Below are positions 52,492-64,000 of a stretch of DNA of 64,000 nt, piece by piece. The stretch lies in assembly GCF_009914755.1 (NCBI RefSeq), contig NC_060929.1. One strand, written 5' to 3'. The stretch is from the human T2T-CHM13v2.0 reference genome, Homo sapiens. The position numbers and the translations under genes are program-made. The stretch's first letter is position 1. Each line of letters opens with the position of its first letter. The notes under the pieces were generated by a model. The model saw nothing but the letters and a program-made list of their open reading frames with translations, was not told where the DNA came from and searched no databases.

Positions 52492-54125
52492 CAGTCATGC
52501 ATAGTTTAACTATAGATACACATTCTAAGAAATGTGTTATTAGGTGATTTCATGATAGTGTGGCCTTATAGTGTACTTATACAAACCTAGATGATATAGC
52601 CTACTACACACCTATGCTATATGGCATATAGCCTTTTGCTCCTAAACTACAAACCTGTACAGCATGTTACTGCACTGAGCACCACAAGCAATTGTAACAC
52701 TATGGTAAGTATTTATGTATCTAAACGTATCTAAACCTAGAAAAGATACACTAAAAATACAGGATAGAAGATAAAAAATGGAATACATCTATAACGCACT
52801 GATATGTTTTGGCTGTGTCCCCACCCAAATCTCATCTTGAATTTCCACATGTTGTGGGAGAGACCCGGTAGGAGGTAATTGAATCATGGGGCAGGTCTTT
52901 CCCGTGCTGTTCTTGTGATAGTTAGTAAGTCTCACTAGATCTGATAGTTTTATAAGGTGGAGTTTTCCTGCACAAGCTCTCTCTTTGCCTGCTGCCATCC
53001 ACATAATACGTGACTTGCTCCTCCTTGCCTTCTGCTATGATTGTGACGCTTCCCCAGCCATGTGCAACTGTAAGTCCAATTAAACCTTTTTCTTTTTTAA
53101 ATTGCCTACTCTCAGGTATGTCTTTATCTGTAGTGTGAAAACAGACTAACACAGGCACTTACAATCAATGGAGCTTACAGGACATAAAGTTGACCTAGGT
53201 GAGTCAGTGAGTGAGTGGGGAGCGAATGTGAAGGCCTAGGATATTACTGTGTACTACTGTAGACTTTATACATACTGTACACTTAGGCTACATTAAATTT
53301 ACAAAAAAATTTCTCTTTCTTCAAAGATAAAATAACCTTAGCTTATTGTAACTTTTTTACTTTACAACTTTTAAATTTTTATTATTGTAAATTTTTACTT
53401 TACAACGTTTAAATTTTTAAAAAGTTCTTGACTGTTTTGTAATAACACAACTTAAAACACAAACACATTGTACAGCTGTACAAAAATATTGTATTTCTCT
53501 ATATTCTTATCATTTAAACGTTTTATATTTTTAAAGTTTAAAATTTTATTTTTATTTTATTTAAATTTTTTTTGTTGTTAAAAAGTTAGACACAAAAACA
53601 CACGTTAGCCTAGGTCTACACAGAGTCAGGATCATCAGCTTATTTTCTTCCACATCCACATCTTCTCCCACTGGAAGGTCTTCAGGAGCAATAATAAACA
53701 TGGTGCAGTCATCTCCCATAACAATGCCTTCTTTTGGAATACTTCCTAAATGATCTGCCTAAGGTGATTTTACAGTTAACTCTTTTGTAAGTAGAAGGAG
53801 TACAGTCTAGAATAATGATAAAAAGTATAGTATTGTAAACATATAAACCAGTAACATAGTCATTTATTATTATTATCAAGTATTAGGCAGTGTACATAAT
53901 TGTATGTGCTATACATACGACATACATATATATGACTGGCAGTGTAATAGGTTTGTTTTTACATCTGTATTACCACAAACATGTGAGTAATGCATTATGC
54001 TACAATATTATGGCAGCTAAGACATCACTAGGCTATGGAAAATTTTTAGCTGCATTATAGTCTAATGGGACCACCATTGGATCCATCATCTGTCACTGAC
54101 TGAAATGTTATGTACCACATGACTG
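52492..54125 (+). mobile_element. Tigger3b-like (TcMar-Tigger) non-autonomous DNA transposon
   Basis: TA|CAGTCATG...CATGACTG|TA termini, internal TACAAACCTAGATG..TAGCCTACTACACACCTA. About 1.27 kb once the THE1B LTR is removed. Confidence 0.9.
52800..53153 (+). mobile_element. THE1B solo LTR inside Tigger3
   Basis: TGATATGTTTTGGCTGTGTCCCCACCCAAATCTC...GACTAACACA, TSD CGCAC / GGCAC. Confidence 0.93.
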
Positions 54126-54647
54126 TATCTCCTTTGGATGGTTTGCTAAAAAATAAATAGTCATGAAATAAAATGAGAAGAATCAAAGAAAGTCATTGCT
54201 ATGAAATCTATCATATGAATTATTTCAAAAAAACAGAAAAAAGAAAGAAATGAAGGAAGGTCCGATAAAAGGGAAATAAGCCACATCCCTTTGACATGCA
54301 AATAACATAATTTAAAGTTAACAATAGAAATATATACTAATCATTACCAATAATACAGTTATTATAACCTTAAAAACTCTATGAATTACTAAAATCATGA
54401 CTGTCAAACTAACTTATTTATCATATTGTATACCGTCCTTGATGTGTAATGCATGTGCACAAAATATTTTTGATTTTTCACCATTAAGTAAAGTCACTGG
54501 AAAAACATTTGTATTTGGCCATCAGAAAGAAACATTTGATATTTGTCTGGTATGAAGTAGGGGGCCAAAATGAAATAGGAGATCCACACTCTGTGCTACA
54601 GTTCACAATCAGGCTAGATGTTCATAAGCTATAGTCTTATTCGGAAT

Positions 54648-54732
54648 TTTTATATTATATAGCTATTAATTATATATATTATATAATTAATATATATATT
54701 ATAATTAATATATATATTAATTATAAATTTTT
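54648..54732. repeat. AT-only low-complexity, quasi-palindromic repeat
   Basis: (TA)n blocks separated by ATTAAT and TATAAT units. Confidence 0.85.
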
Positions 54733-54954
54733 AAAACTACAATAGAAATACAACACACACAAAAAATCTTTGAATGTAAGAGAATAAGCTTCCTTTCTTT
54801 TGAGGTTCTTTGATGCTACTCCTATTATCACATACACATTTGTCAAGTTTGTGATATGCAATATGTGTCTTTCACAGTGCAGTTATGCTAATCTTTTTAT
54901 TCACATTCCTTGGAAAATATAACTGCCTCTATGCACCAATAAGTGGTATCCCTT

Positions 54955-55218
54955 GTTTATTAGGGTTCCTTAGAGGGACAGAACTAATAGGATACACACA
55001 CACACACACATATGAAGGGATTTTATTAAATATTAACTTACATTATCACAAGGTCCCACAATAGGCTGTCTGCAAGTTTGAGGAGCAAGGAGAGTTATTC
55101 TGAGCCTCAAAAGTGAAGAATGGAGTCCGATGTTTGAGGGCAGGAAGCACCCACCACAGGAGAAAGATGTAGGCTGGGAGGCTAGGCCAGTCTTGCCTTT
55201 CCATGTTTTTCTGCCTAC
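54955..55218 (-). mobile_element. MLT2A1 LTR, 3' half only
   Basis: TATTAGGGTTCCTTAGAGGGACAGAACTAATAGGATA..GGTCCCACAATAGGCTGTCTGCAAG..GGCTAGGCCAGTCT. Confidence 0.88.
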
Positions 55219-55219
55219 A

Positions 55220-55257
55220 TTTTTTTTTTGAGATGGAGGAGTCTCGCTCTGTCCCCT
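55220..55257 (-). mobile_element. Alu tail stub (~35 bp)
   Basis: (T)nGAGATGGAGGAGTCTCGCTCTGTCCCC. Confidence 0.8.
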
Positions 55258-55369
55258 GTATATGTAATGCTTATGATATAAATATGTATGCTTATATATA
55301 ATGCTTATGATATATATATAATGCTTATGATATAAATATATATATATATATGTAATGCTTATAATAACA

Positions 55370-55800
55370 ATTGCTTCAATTTGACCATCAAAGCTCTATG
55401 ATCTGGGTTCATTTCACTTCTATATTCAGCTACACAAAACCCAGTGTCAAACTCTTCCTTTCTTAAATTTATGCCCTTTTCTTATAATGCTGTCATAACT
55501 CCTTTCTGCCTGTCAAAATTCTAACATTCCTTGAGGCCTACTTTTATTCTCACCATCTTTATTTCCTTCCCCTGATGTGTCTACCATTTGTTGTCTTCTC
55601 CCATGAATACTATTACCTATATTTCTTATATTATTCATTTGGCATGTAACATCCATTAATTTGCATTTTATTTTATTTTGTTTGGCTAGTTTTTTTCATC
55701 TAAAGCAGATTTACATTTACAATTGCAATCTAAGCTATGTAGATGTATAATTTCATTTGTTTTCTTTACACCAGAACTAGCATTGCTCTGAACTGAGCCA
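55370..55800 (+). mobile_element. L2 3' remnant
   Basis: CATCAAAGCTCTATGATCTGG..CTGCCTGTCAAAATTCTAACATTCCTTGAGGCC..CCAGAACTAGCA. Confidence 0.55.
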
Positions 55801-55976
55801 AGTTTTGGAGTTCACATCTCTCGGATGAATGATCTATTGAGTCTCAATACAGCCACCTTTTGTAGTAGGAAAGCCCCAGGAAATTATTTTACATTTCTCC
55901 ATGACTCTCTGGAAGTGTTTGAGAGTAAGGATGGGGATAGTGATGCCATTGTGTCTGCTTTACTGTGGCCAGCTCA

Positions 55977-56333
<357 letters not shown>

Positions 56334-57846
56334 TCAGCTTTCCAAGGAGAAAGTGACAGAATCATCCCAGTGGAGCAGATACATCTTATGTGCCTCCTCA
56401 GATTCTCTTGGCCTTCCCTGCCTCTCAGCATTCAGCAGCCTTCTTCATATCAGCTATAGCCAAGGCCTAACAGTTCTGTTTGTGTTTGCCCTGTTTGCTA
56501 CCTGTGGCTTACCATTGCCTATGAACTGAAATCTCTCATAATTGCTGCCACTTCTGGACTCAGAGCAAACACTACACTATTGGACTTTTCAAGAAACTAC
56601 CAAAGTGGTGAGATGACACAATTTGGAAGTGTGGGTTAGCATCTTCCTATAGAGAAAACACAACACTAGAGGAAGCTGTGCAAATAAACGTGATTCCACT
56701 TCTTCCTCCCTGTGAAGAACTTCTGCAAGGCATGATTTCTCAGTGGGGTTTGTCCAGAAATGTCCCTCACAGCTGAGTGGACACATTAGCTGAAGAAACA
56801 GCTTACTGAAGCATGAAGCAGTAGTCTTCATGGTGTCATGAAGTAACAGGATGAGCTGCCTAAGTCATGTATTTTTCCTCTCCTCCAGAGCTCTGAGGTT
56901 ATACCTTCCCAAGAAAGCATCATATTTATTCCCTCCTTCAGGATGGTTTATTAGAAAATCTTGGCTAAGTCACCTCATATCCTAGTGTCCTGAACTTAAT
57001 TGGAGGGTTTTGTTATTTCACTGCAGGGTTTAAAACTTGAAGAAAGGTCAGGATAGGCTCCACATAGAAGTACAAACTCTCTAGTCCTCTCTAAGGCCTT
57101 AAAGTCCAGTAGAGGGTTTTCTCTTCTTTCTGTTTAATTCTCTAATTTTTGCTTTGTGTTTAGAACCAACAAACGTGTTCTTATTTTGATAAAATCTGGG
57201 TCTTTCAAATGAATGCACTCCTCTCCAGACTATTATTTCTGACAAAAAGCTTTTAAAATTCTATTGTGAAAGTCAGGTCTGAGCTATATAATGTTTTTGC
57301 TCTGGCAGCACCTTCTTTCTTCCTGAATCATGGATACTACTGGCTCTATGTGCTCAGAAATCACATTGCAGCAAGAACATTTAAAACCTTATTTGTCCCT
57401 TCAGAAACACAATTTCACTAAATATTATGTGGACTTGGTATGTCTGCTCCTGGTACCCCAACACTGTCTGACTCTAGCTCAGTCAAATCATATGTATGTC
57501 TCTTCATGCATCAGTCACGCTGGAAAATAATGCTAAAGTGAAGCTGTAACCCAAATTTTAGAGAATTCTAGTAAAGAGAGTTTAATTTTGCCCCTACAAA
57601 TCAAGACATTCTTTTTCTTGATCTTTAGGAGAAAACAGAGCTTTATTTGCCCTAAATAATAGGTATGATGTTAACATAGTAGGAACAGAGAGCATGCCTT
57701 TCTCTTCACCTCATTGCCATCAAACAGGAAAAGGGTTATTAGATTATTGAAGCAGAACAGGAGAACAGATGATCCATTTTCTTCATGATCATCAACAAGC
57801 CCAATACTCTGCTACACATTAAAATTAATTTTGCTAAAGCTCAGTC

Positions 57847-57971
57847 AAGAATGACAATATGAAAGCGATGTCTGCTTCACTCTGATCATGTGTTGGGCAA
57901 CAAGGAATAAAAGAATGACAATATGAAAGTGATGTCTGCTTCACTCTGATCATGTAGGCAACAAGGAATAA
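57847..57971. repeat. Two-copy tandem duplication (64 and 61 bp)
   Basis: AAGAATGACAATATGAAAG(C/T)GATGTCTGCTTCACTCTGATCATGT..GGCAACAAGGAATAA occurs twice. Confidence 0.95.
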
Positions 57972-59267
57972 AAATCATGAGGTACCAATGCTTACTGCAA
58001 CGAGCTCAAATTGGCTTGTAGGGTGACTACTTCTATCTGACTTCTTATTTTTCTAAAACTTTGAATGACTCCTTATGGGTGCATATGTGTGTATATTTGG
58101 GTAGACACAACCATGAGTGGTAGAGCCTTGGGAAAGGGGTCAGTGGTGATTATTTTTGCAGAATTGTTCAGGCCTGGCCCTACACCACAAACAACTTGCT
58201 GTCCTCTTACTTATCTCCATATTGTTCAATGCAGCGGAGAAAGAAGTCTGCTTACAAGGTAAATTGTCCTATTTTAAGCTTTCTTTCTCTTGACATGTAG
58301 AAATAAGCCACATTCTAGGACCTGACTCAATAGTTCCATCATTTCTACCAGAAAGTCCTTAAAAAAACAGCTAGTCAACTAGGGAGACTTATAACATTCT
58401 TTTAAAAGTATTAATCATCATATGCTAATATTGAATGAATTTTCCAATTCTACGTAGGACTTTTTATTGCTAATGCTTCAGGCAAGAATGTGGCATCTTG
58501 TTTAAAGAGATTAAAAAGACTATTGAAGAATAAGGATCCAGACAGTCTAACCTATTTTTCTACTGTATCAATTGGAGCAGATGTCACAAAACTCAATATT
58601 CATAGTGATTTGGCTTTATTTTATGAAAACCTGTAAAGAAATGCAATGTAAGAACTGAAAAGGAAATGGTTTTATTTTAAATAACTTTGCAATGAAACAC
58701 AATAAAACGTAAGTATAATTTATACCATTCTTTGACTGACAAATTATTATACTTTGTTATATAAATCGCAGCGTGTACTAAGAATTTCTTAAGATATACT
58801 CATGATTACTCCTGTATACAAAAGAAAAAATTATTTCTCATGAAAAGGCTAATTTAATTTCAGCCTGGGGCAGTAGGGCTTGCTAATCCCTCACTGTTAG
58901 GTAACTTAGATAAAATTTCAGGAAATGATGATAATATTATGAAAGCTACATGGCAAAAAGAAACAATTCCTGCCTTTGTTATAATAAACAGTTCAATACC
59001 TGACAATGCAGGCTCTTTGAACTCTAACTTTTATTTTAGGAGATCTTGTCAAAGCAAAAAATAGGCATAGTCCTGGTCTTCAATCACTTTAGGTAAGTGC
59101 GTTCTCAGAGAGAGATTGTGTAGCTTTATTTGAGGAAAAAAGCAAGAACATGTTCTCTTTCTTATTTGAAATTCTAGGAACAGCTGGAGACTATTTTTCC
59201 CCTTTTACAAAGTCATCTGCCCATGACCAGGTGAGACTATAGAAGTATTTCTTCATTTAGACACTAG

Positions 59268-59482
59268 AGTGGGAATTGTCAAACTTTTTATCTGAAGAGC
59301 TAGATAATAAATATTTCAGTCTTTGCAGGCCACTTGGTCTCTCTCACAACTACCCAACTCTGACCTTGTAGTTCAAAAGAAACTATTGGCAATATGTAAA
59401 TGAATAGGCATGGCTGTGTTCCAATAAAACTTTATTGACAAAAGTAGAATGTGGGCTGGCCATAGTTTGCTGACCTTTCCTG
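59268..59482. mobile_element. MER58A hAT-Charlie MITE
   Basis: CAAACTTTTT..TAAATATTT..GCAGGCCA..GGCATGGCTGTGTTCCAATAAAACTTTATT..CATAGTTTGCTGACC. Confidence 0.9.
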
Positions 59483-60004
59483 TAGAGCATTAGTCTCTTT
59501 TTCAGTTTATATCTTGTTAGTTCCATAAAAAACTTGCTAAGGAAACTGAAAAAAAACCCACTACACACATTTTCACTCCTTTTTCTAGATTTTATTTCTA
59601 ATCAACATAATAATACCAAAGTGAGAAGTATTTGTCACTCTGGCAAGAAGTAATCTCTTTCTCCTCCTGGATATAAACATGAGTTATGTTTGAATAACAT
59701 CTGAAAAATAAAGGACTTTAAGTAAAATGTACCTAAAGAGATGTATTGTAAGAATCAGCCATGTTTAGGGCAGACTGGAAAATAGATACAGAACCAGTTG
59801 AATTGTTGGTACAAGATCCTAGCTGACACTCATTGGTCCAGTATGAAGTGCTAGCCATATGACTCCTTTATTAAGTTATATTTGATGGTGATAGGCTATG
59901 TAATAACTTGCATATACTTAGCTGAAAGGTTGTCTGCCTCTTAGCAAGGGTCACCATGGGAAGGAAATAGCAGCTTTAGAAGGAAGTAGGACTAATAATA
60001 AACT

Positions 60005-60200
60005 ACTGTAATAGTTACTATTTATTGAACATCTATACTAGGTTTTGTAGGAACATAATCTCATTTAATTTTCAGAGTAACTCTTTAAAGTAATTATCGG
60101 GAGCCTTCATTAAGTGGAGGAGAAAAAAAGTCCTAATGAAGTCAGTGGCTTTGTCCCAGTGAGCCAAAAGAATGATGAATTTAGGTTCAACCTGAATTAC
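60005..60200 (-). mobile_element. MIR
   Basis: TATTTATTGAACATCTA..ATCTCATTTAATTTTCA. Confidence 0.55.
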
Positions 60201-60427
60201 AACTTCAAAATGGAAAATAGCACATGGTTGCTATGCAATATCTGGTAGTGACAGAAGCCATAGCAATAGGATATCTTACAGACTCTAGCATCCTAGACAA
60301 TAGCTGAAGGCAGAGGGACAAAGATCCTGTGGGGAAAGGAATTGTCAAGGGCTGTATGTTCAGAGAAACATTCCTAATCTATCATTAAGTAAGCAGTTAC
60401 ATAGATATTTTGGAGAGTCTACGAATT

Positions 60428-60530
60428 AGTGTAACTAAATATCCTGGCTTGCCTAAGACTGAAGAATTTCCTGGAACATAAAACTCAGTGCTAACACCAG
60501 CAATGTCCCTGGAAACCCAGGAGGAGTGTA
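60428..60530. mobile_element. MER94-like hAT-Blackjack MITE
   Basis: TCCTGGCTTGCCTAAGACTGA..TTTCCTGGAAC..TCAGTGCTAACACC..GTCCCTGGAAACCCAGGA. Confidence 0.65.
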
Positions 60531-60563
60531 TTAAGGTGGTTGGGGCTTACCAGAGGTCATAAG

Positions 60564-61426
60564 CAGTGCTGTGCTGAAGCTCATTCATGCATACTCATGA
60601 GAGCTGTTTGTTAAATTTTCAGAAATTTGGCAAGCCATTGTGAAGCAATTATTAAATTTTAAATTATTTAAGTGTATAATTAAATAAATTATGTTAAAAT
60701 ACTTATAAATATTCAAAACTCACTGCCTATTAATTTTAGGCTTTTTTCTTCTCTTGTCTATGATCTTGAGCTTACTTATACTTATTGTAACAATCTGTAG
60801 AGTGGGAAGACCACATAATGGTGAGCTACTTCACATTTCTTTTCAACTCTGCATTTAGCGACATCATGCTTTTAGCTTGAAATAGGGAGGTGTTTTCGTG
60901 TTTCTCTAGAAGTTGATAGGGGAAAATGTTAATAATGCAGACTGAGCTTCAAAATGTATGGTGTCTCTAGCTGTTACAGTGTGAATAGTACAAAAAAAGA
61001 GAAAATATTCTTTAATATTTGAAAGTCATTATTCTTCTCATTAAAATATTAATTCACACCATTGACAAATGAGTATAGCTCCAAATGTCTTAATTTTATT
61101 GTTTCACTTTCTCCTACTCATTAAAGCAAACAAAAATATAACTAACATTGATGTTGCAACTACACTGTCATCAATTTCAACTATATATTGGCAATAAATA
61201 CAAGAGGTTGGTGAAAGTTAACTAAAACTTTATGTGAGAATCAATTAGCTATATGAAATTGACGATAATGAGTATTGTATATTTTATTATTATTGGTAAA
61301 TTGTGTGCCATGTATTCTTTAAATCAGCAAAATTTATGATAAACTTGTACCTGAGTATGTATCCATTTCAGTAGATTTATATAACTACAGAGGGCTCATT
61401 GTTAGCCATTTTCCCATATATCACTG
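60564..61426. mobile_element. MER63-family (C/D-like) hAT element
   Basis: CAGTGCTGTGCTG start, repeated GAGC(C/T)..TTGTTAAA subterminal motifs, ..TCACTG end. Confidence 0.8.
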
Positions 61427-62711
61427 CTTATAAACTATGGGATGAGGAATAGCAGCAAGAAAAACCTAGACCCAGTAGCTAGTGGGTTTGAGTTTATAAT
61501 CTACTGGTTGCTTTATTCAGACATGTTCAGGCTCTAGTGGTAGCTAAGTTAGTTTGTGCATTCCATGTTTCCAAGCAGAAATGGATCTTGAATACAAAGT
61601 TCTGATATTAAATAAAAAGATAGCCATCTTTGTGGGTTCATGTCCTTTATGTACTCTGCTTCAGAAATAAAGTTTCTTTGAGCTTTTGTATTTCTACTTA
61701 AAAATTTACATTAATTTTTATATTTTTTTCCAAAGAGCACTAGATTTTTATTTACCTTAAAAAATCTCTCAAGAGCTGTTTAAAACAAACATTAACCAAC
61801 TTTTCCTCTGTAAATCTTTGAATAAAATTGGTGTTCCAATTGAATGTATTTTGTTCTATAACAGCTTATTCACATACACTTGGCATGTACTTCTTAAATG
61901 TAACCTCATTTGAGAAGTTTTACAGTTACTCATAAAATCCTCTCCAAATAACTTACGCAGATAATAGAACATTATTCTATGAGGTTTAACATTTTATATA
62001 AAAACCAATGAACAAACATTCTCTCTAGCATCACTGTTAAAGAAAAAACAAAAGCACTAATAAAAATACAAAATTCCTTAATGAAAAATATATTTCTCTT
62101 TGAGGATGTTTAACGGTCATACTAATGGTTAATTTTATATTATATGGTTTTAAAAATTATATTATAATATTTTGGTAAGTTACCTATAAATATAAGATCA
62201 TATTATAAATTCTTGAATGATTTATATGATATTTTTTACTTACACATACAGTCAAAAATTAAAATTAAATTTTAAAAAAACCTATGTTAAATTATTCTGA
62301 TAATATATTCCAGAGCCAGTTACTGATATTATTGATGATAAAATAAAGCAGCATTTCTGAAATACTCTAATATTCTTGTCTCTTTGGCTATCATAGTTTA
62401 CCCAATTTTGGAAGCCAGTTGTGCCAACAGTAGCAAGTGCTCACCAACAAAAGTGACTTAGATTATTTCTTGGCACAAAATTGCTTTTTCTCCTTTGACT
62501 TGCTGGCGTTAAGTCTTAGGTATAGGCAATTATATCATTCAGAGCATTTCCAATCTATCCAGCACAATTCCTTCTGAAAACACATTTTGGTTAGATTCTT
62601 AAATTTTGTTCTTTGAGGCACAAGAATTTATACCACCTGAACATCACAAGTCCTATTGAGGCTCAAAAGCATAAAACTGTCTCCTGCTTTCTGATAACAC
62701 TCTATACATGA

Positions 62712-62780
62712 CTTTAAAAATTAACAGAGTTTATATTTTAGAGTAGTTTTGGATTTACAGAAAATCGATCAGTCTAGAGA
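62712..62780 (-). mobile_element. L1MC-type extreme 3' stub
   Basis: TTTATATTTTTAGAGTAGTTTTGGATTTACAGAAAAT. Confidence 0.5.
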
Positions 62781-64000
62781 GGTTAATGTTGGATATTTAT
62801 GCTTTGGTAATGTTTTATGGAAAACCAAGACATTAATAGTTAGAAACATAACACACTAAGAACTATTGAAATTAATTTCTGAAACTTCTGCATTTGCTGT
62901 TCATTTCTCTGAATTTATCTGAAATTTCTATGACTGTTATATCAGTTTATCATCATCACCATCCAACTACTATCTTCAGGAAGTGAACTCTGAAAATCTC
63001 ACATCTCAGAAAAGCTGGTAATTTTCAAGAAATTTCAGAAGAAAAAAACATGACACTATTGAAGTTGAACTAATCTATTTAAATAAAAATCATACTTTCT
63101 GATTCTAAAATCTTTTTGATAGGGCCATCACCAAACCTATAACACAGTATAATTTGCATAAATGTAATGTGATGTTTATCACACTGATAAACGCAAGGAA
63201 AATAAAATGATAATTATTACTTAGGATTTTATTTGCAGTGGTTTCAGAAAGCAGTTTACAAATAATTTTTATGTTATTTACATGTGTAAGCTTAAAACTA
63301 GAAAACTAATTATTCAGGGACACTAATATCTTTACTTGTTTTCATATATTTTTGTTGAATTCTTATATTTTCTAGTCAAATATTAAGGCAATTTTTAAAA
63401 GGATTTCTTTTTTAAATTTAATTTTGATAGGCTTTTCAGGCATTTGGTTAGTAGCAAATAAATAAGGCATTTTTTTTAAAGATAAGATTTAGCAACCTCT
63501 GGGGGCCAACACTATGTGTAATTTTGAATCCAAAGATTATGGCACAGATACTGTCTTTAGTGGCAAGGAAGCTTGGGGTAGAGTTCGCTAATATATCAAA
63601 TGGTTCGGAAAGGAAAATTTTATAATCTTCTGGCTTTGCTATAAATTTAACAATTTATCATGGTATTAGGACTAAATCCTAAAGGTGAATTTATTTAATC
63701 TTTATAAATGGAAAAAGCAATGCAATAAGAGAAATGATTTATGCTAGTATATCAAGCAGAGTGTTGTACACTTTGCCCTTAGGGCAAAGGGAAATCTGCA
63801 CTACAAAGTACAAATCTGTACCACAAATCCGTACTTTATGATGGTGGTAGCACCTGTAAAGATAACTGTGGGTGTATGAGTTGATCTCAAATGAAGAAAA
63901 GAAAAAGAGTAAAGGCATATGGATTCATGAGATTCATAAGAGTTGAAACTGTTAAATCAGTGAGATGTAGAAAGAAATATTATGAGACTGAACACAGTAT

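Noticed and set aside
56340-56870. Possible ancient ERVL LTR (LTR16/33-like)
   Set aside because: Resemblance too weak to call without a profile search.
57847-57971. C/D-box snoRNA (GTGATG...CTGA) or CRISPR-like repeat
   Set aside because: Box C is imperfect, the boxes are too close, there is no terminal stem, and there are only two spacer-less copies.

Overview
AT-rich, CpG-depleted primate (human-like) non-coding DNA, roughly half recognisable interspersed repeats. I find no protein-coding gene, tRNA, rRNA or CRISPR array. All long ORFs in the track fall inside L1, THE1 or Alu remnants. The main structure is a ~15 kb minus-strand composite at 6660-21654. It is a near full-length old L1MA-type LINE whose apparent poly(A) tail and target-site duplication lie ~1.8 kb beyond the L1 3' end, after an ERV1 internal segment and a MER67-like LTR cut just after its AATAAA. 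This reads as an ancient L1 3' transduction terminated by an LTR poly(A) signal, later invaded by THE1B, THE1A, a MER4-group LTR, AluJ, MLT2A and AluY. Other notable items are a scrambled L1PA, a twin-primed L1MA, a 43-bp templated copy inside THE1A, an end-joining scar at ~55.2 kb, a motif cluster at ~2.7 kb and candidate exons at 57.6-59.1 kb. Subfamily names come from recalled consensus sequences, not a database search, and boundaries of old repeats are approximate. I see no evidence of a new protein-coding system.
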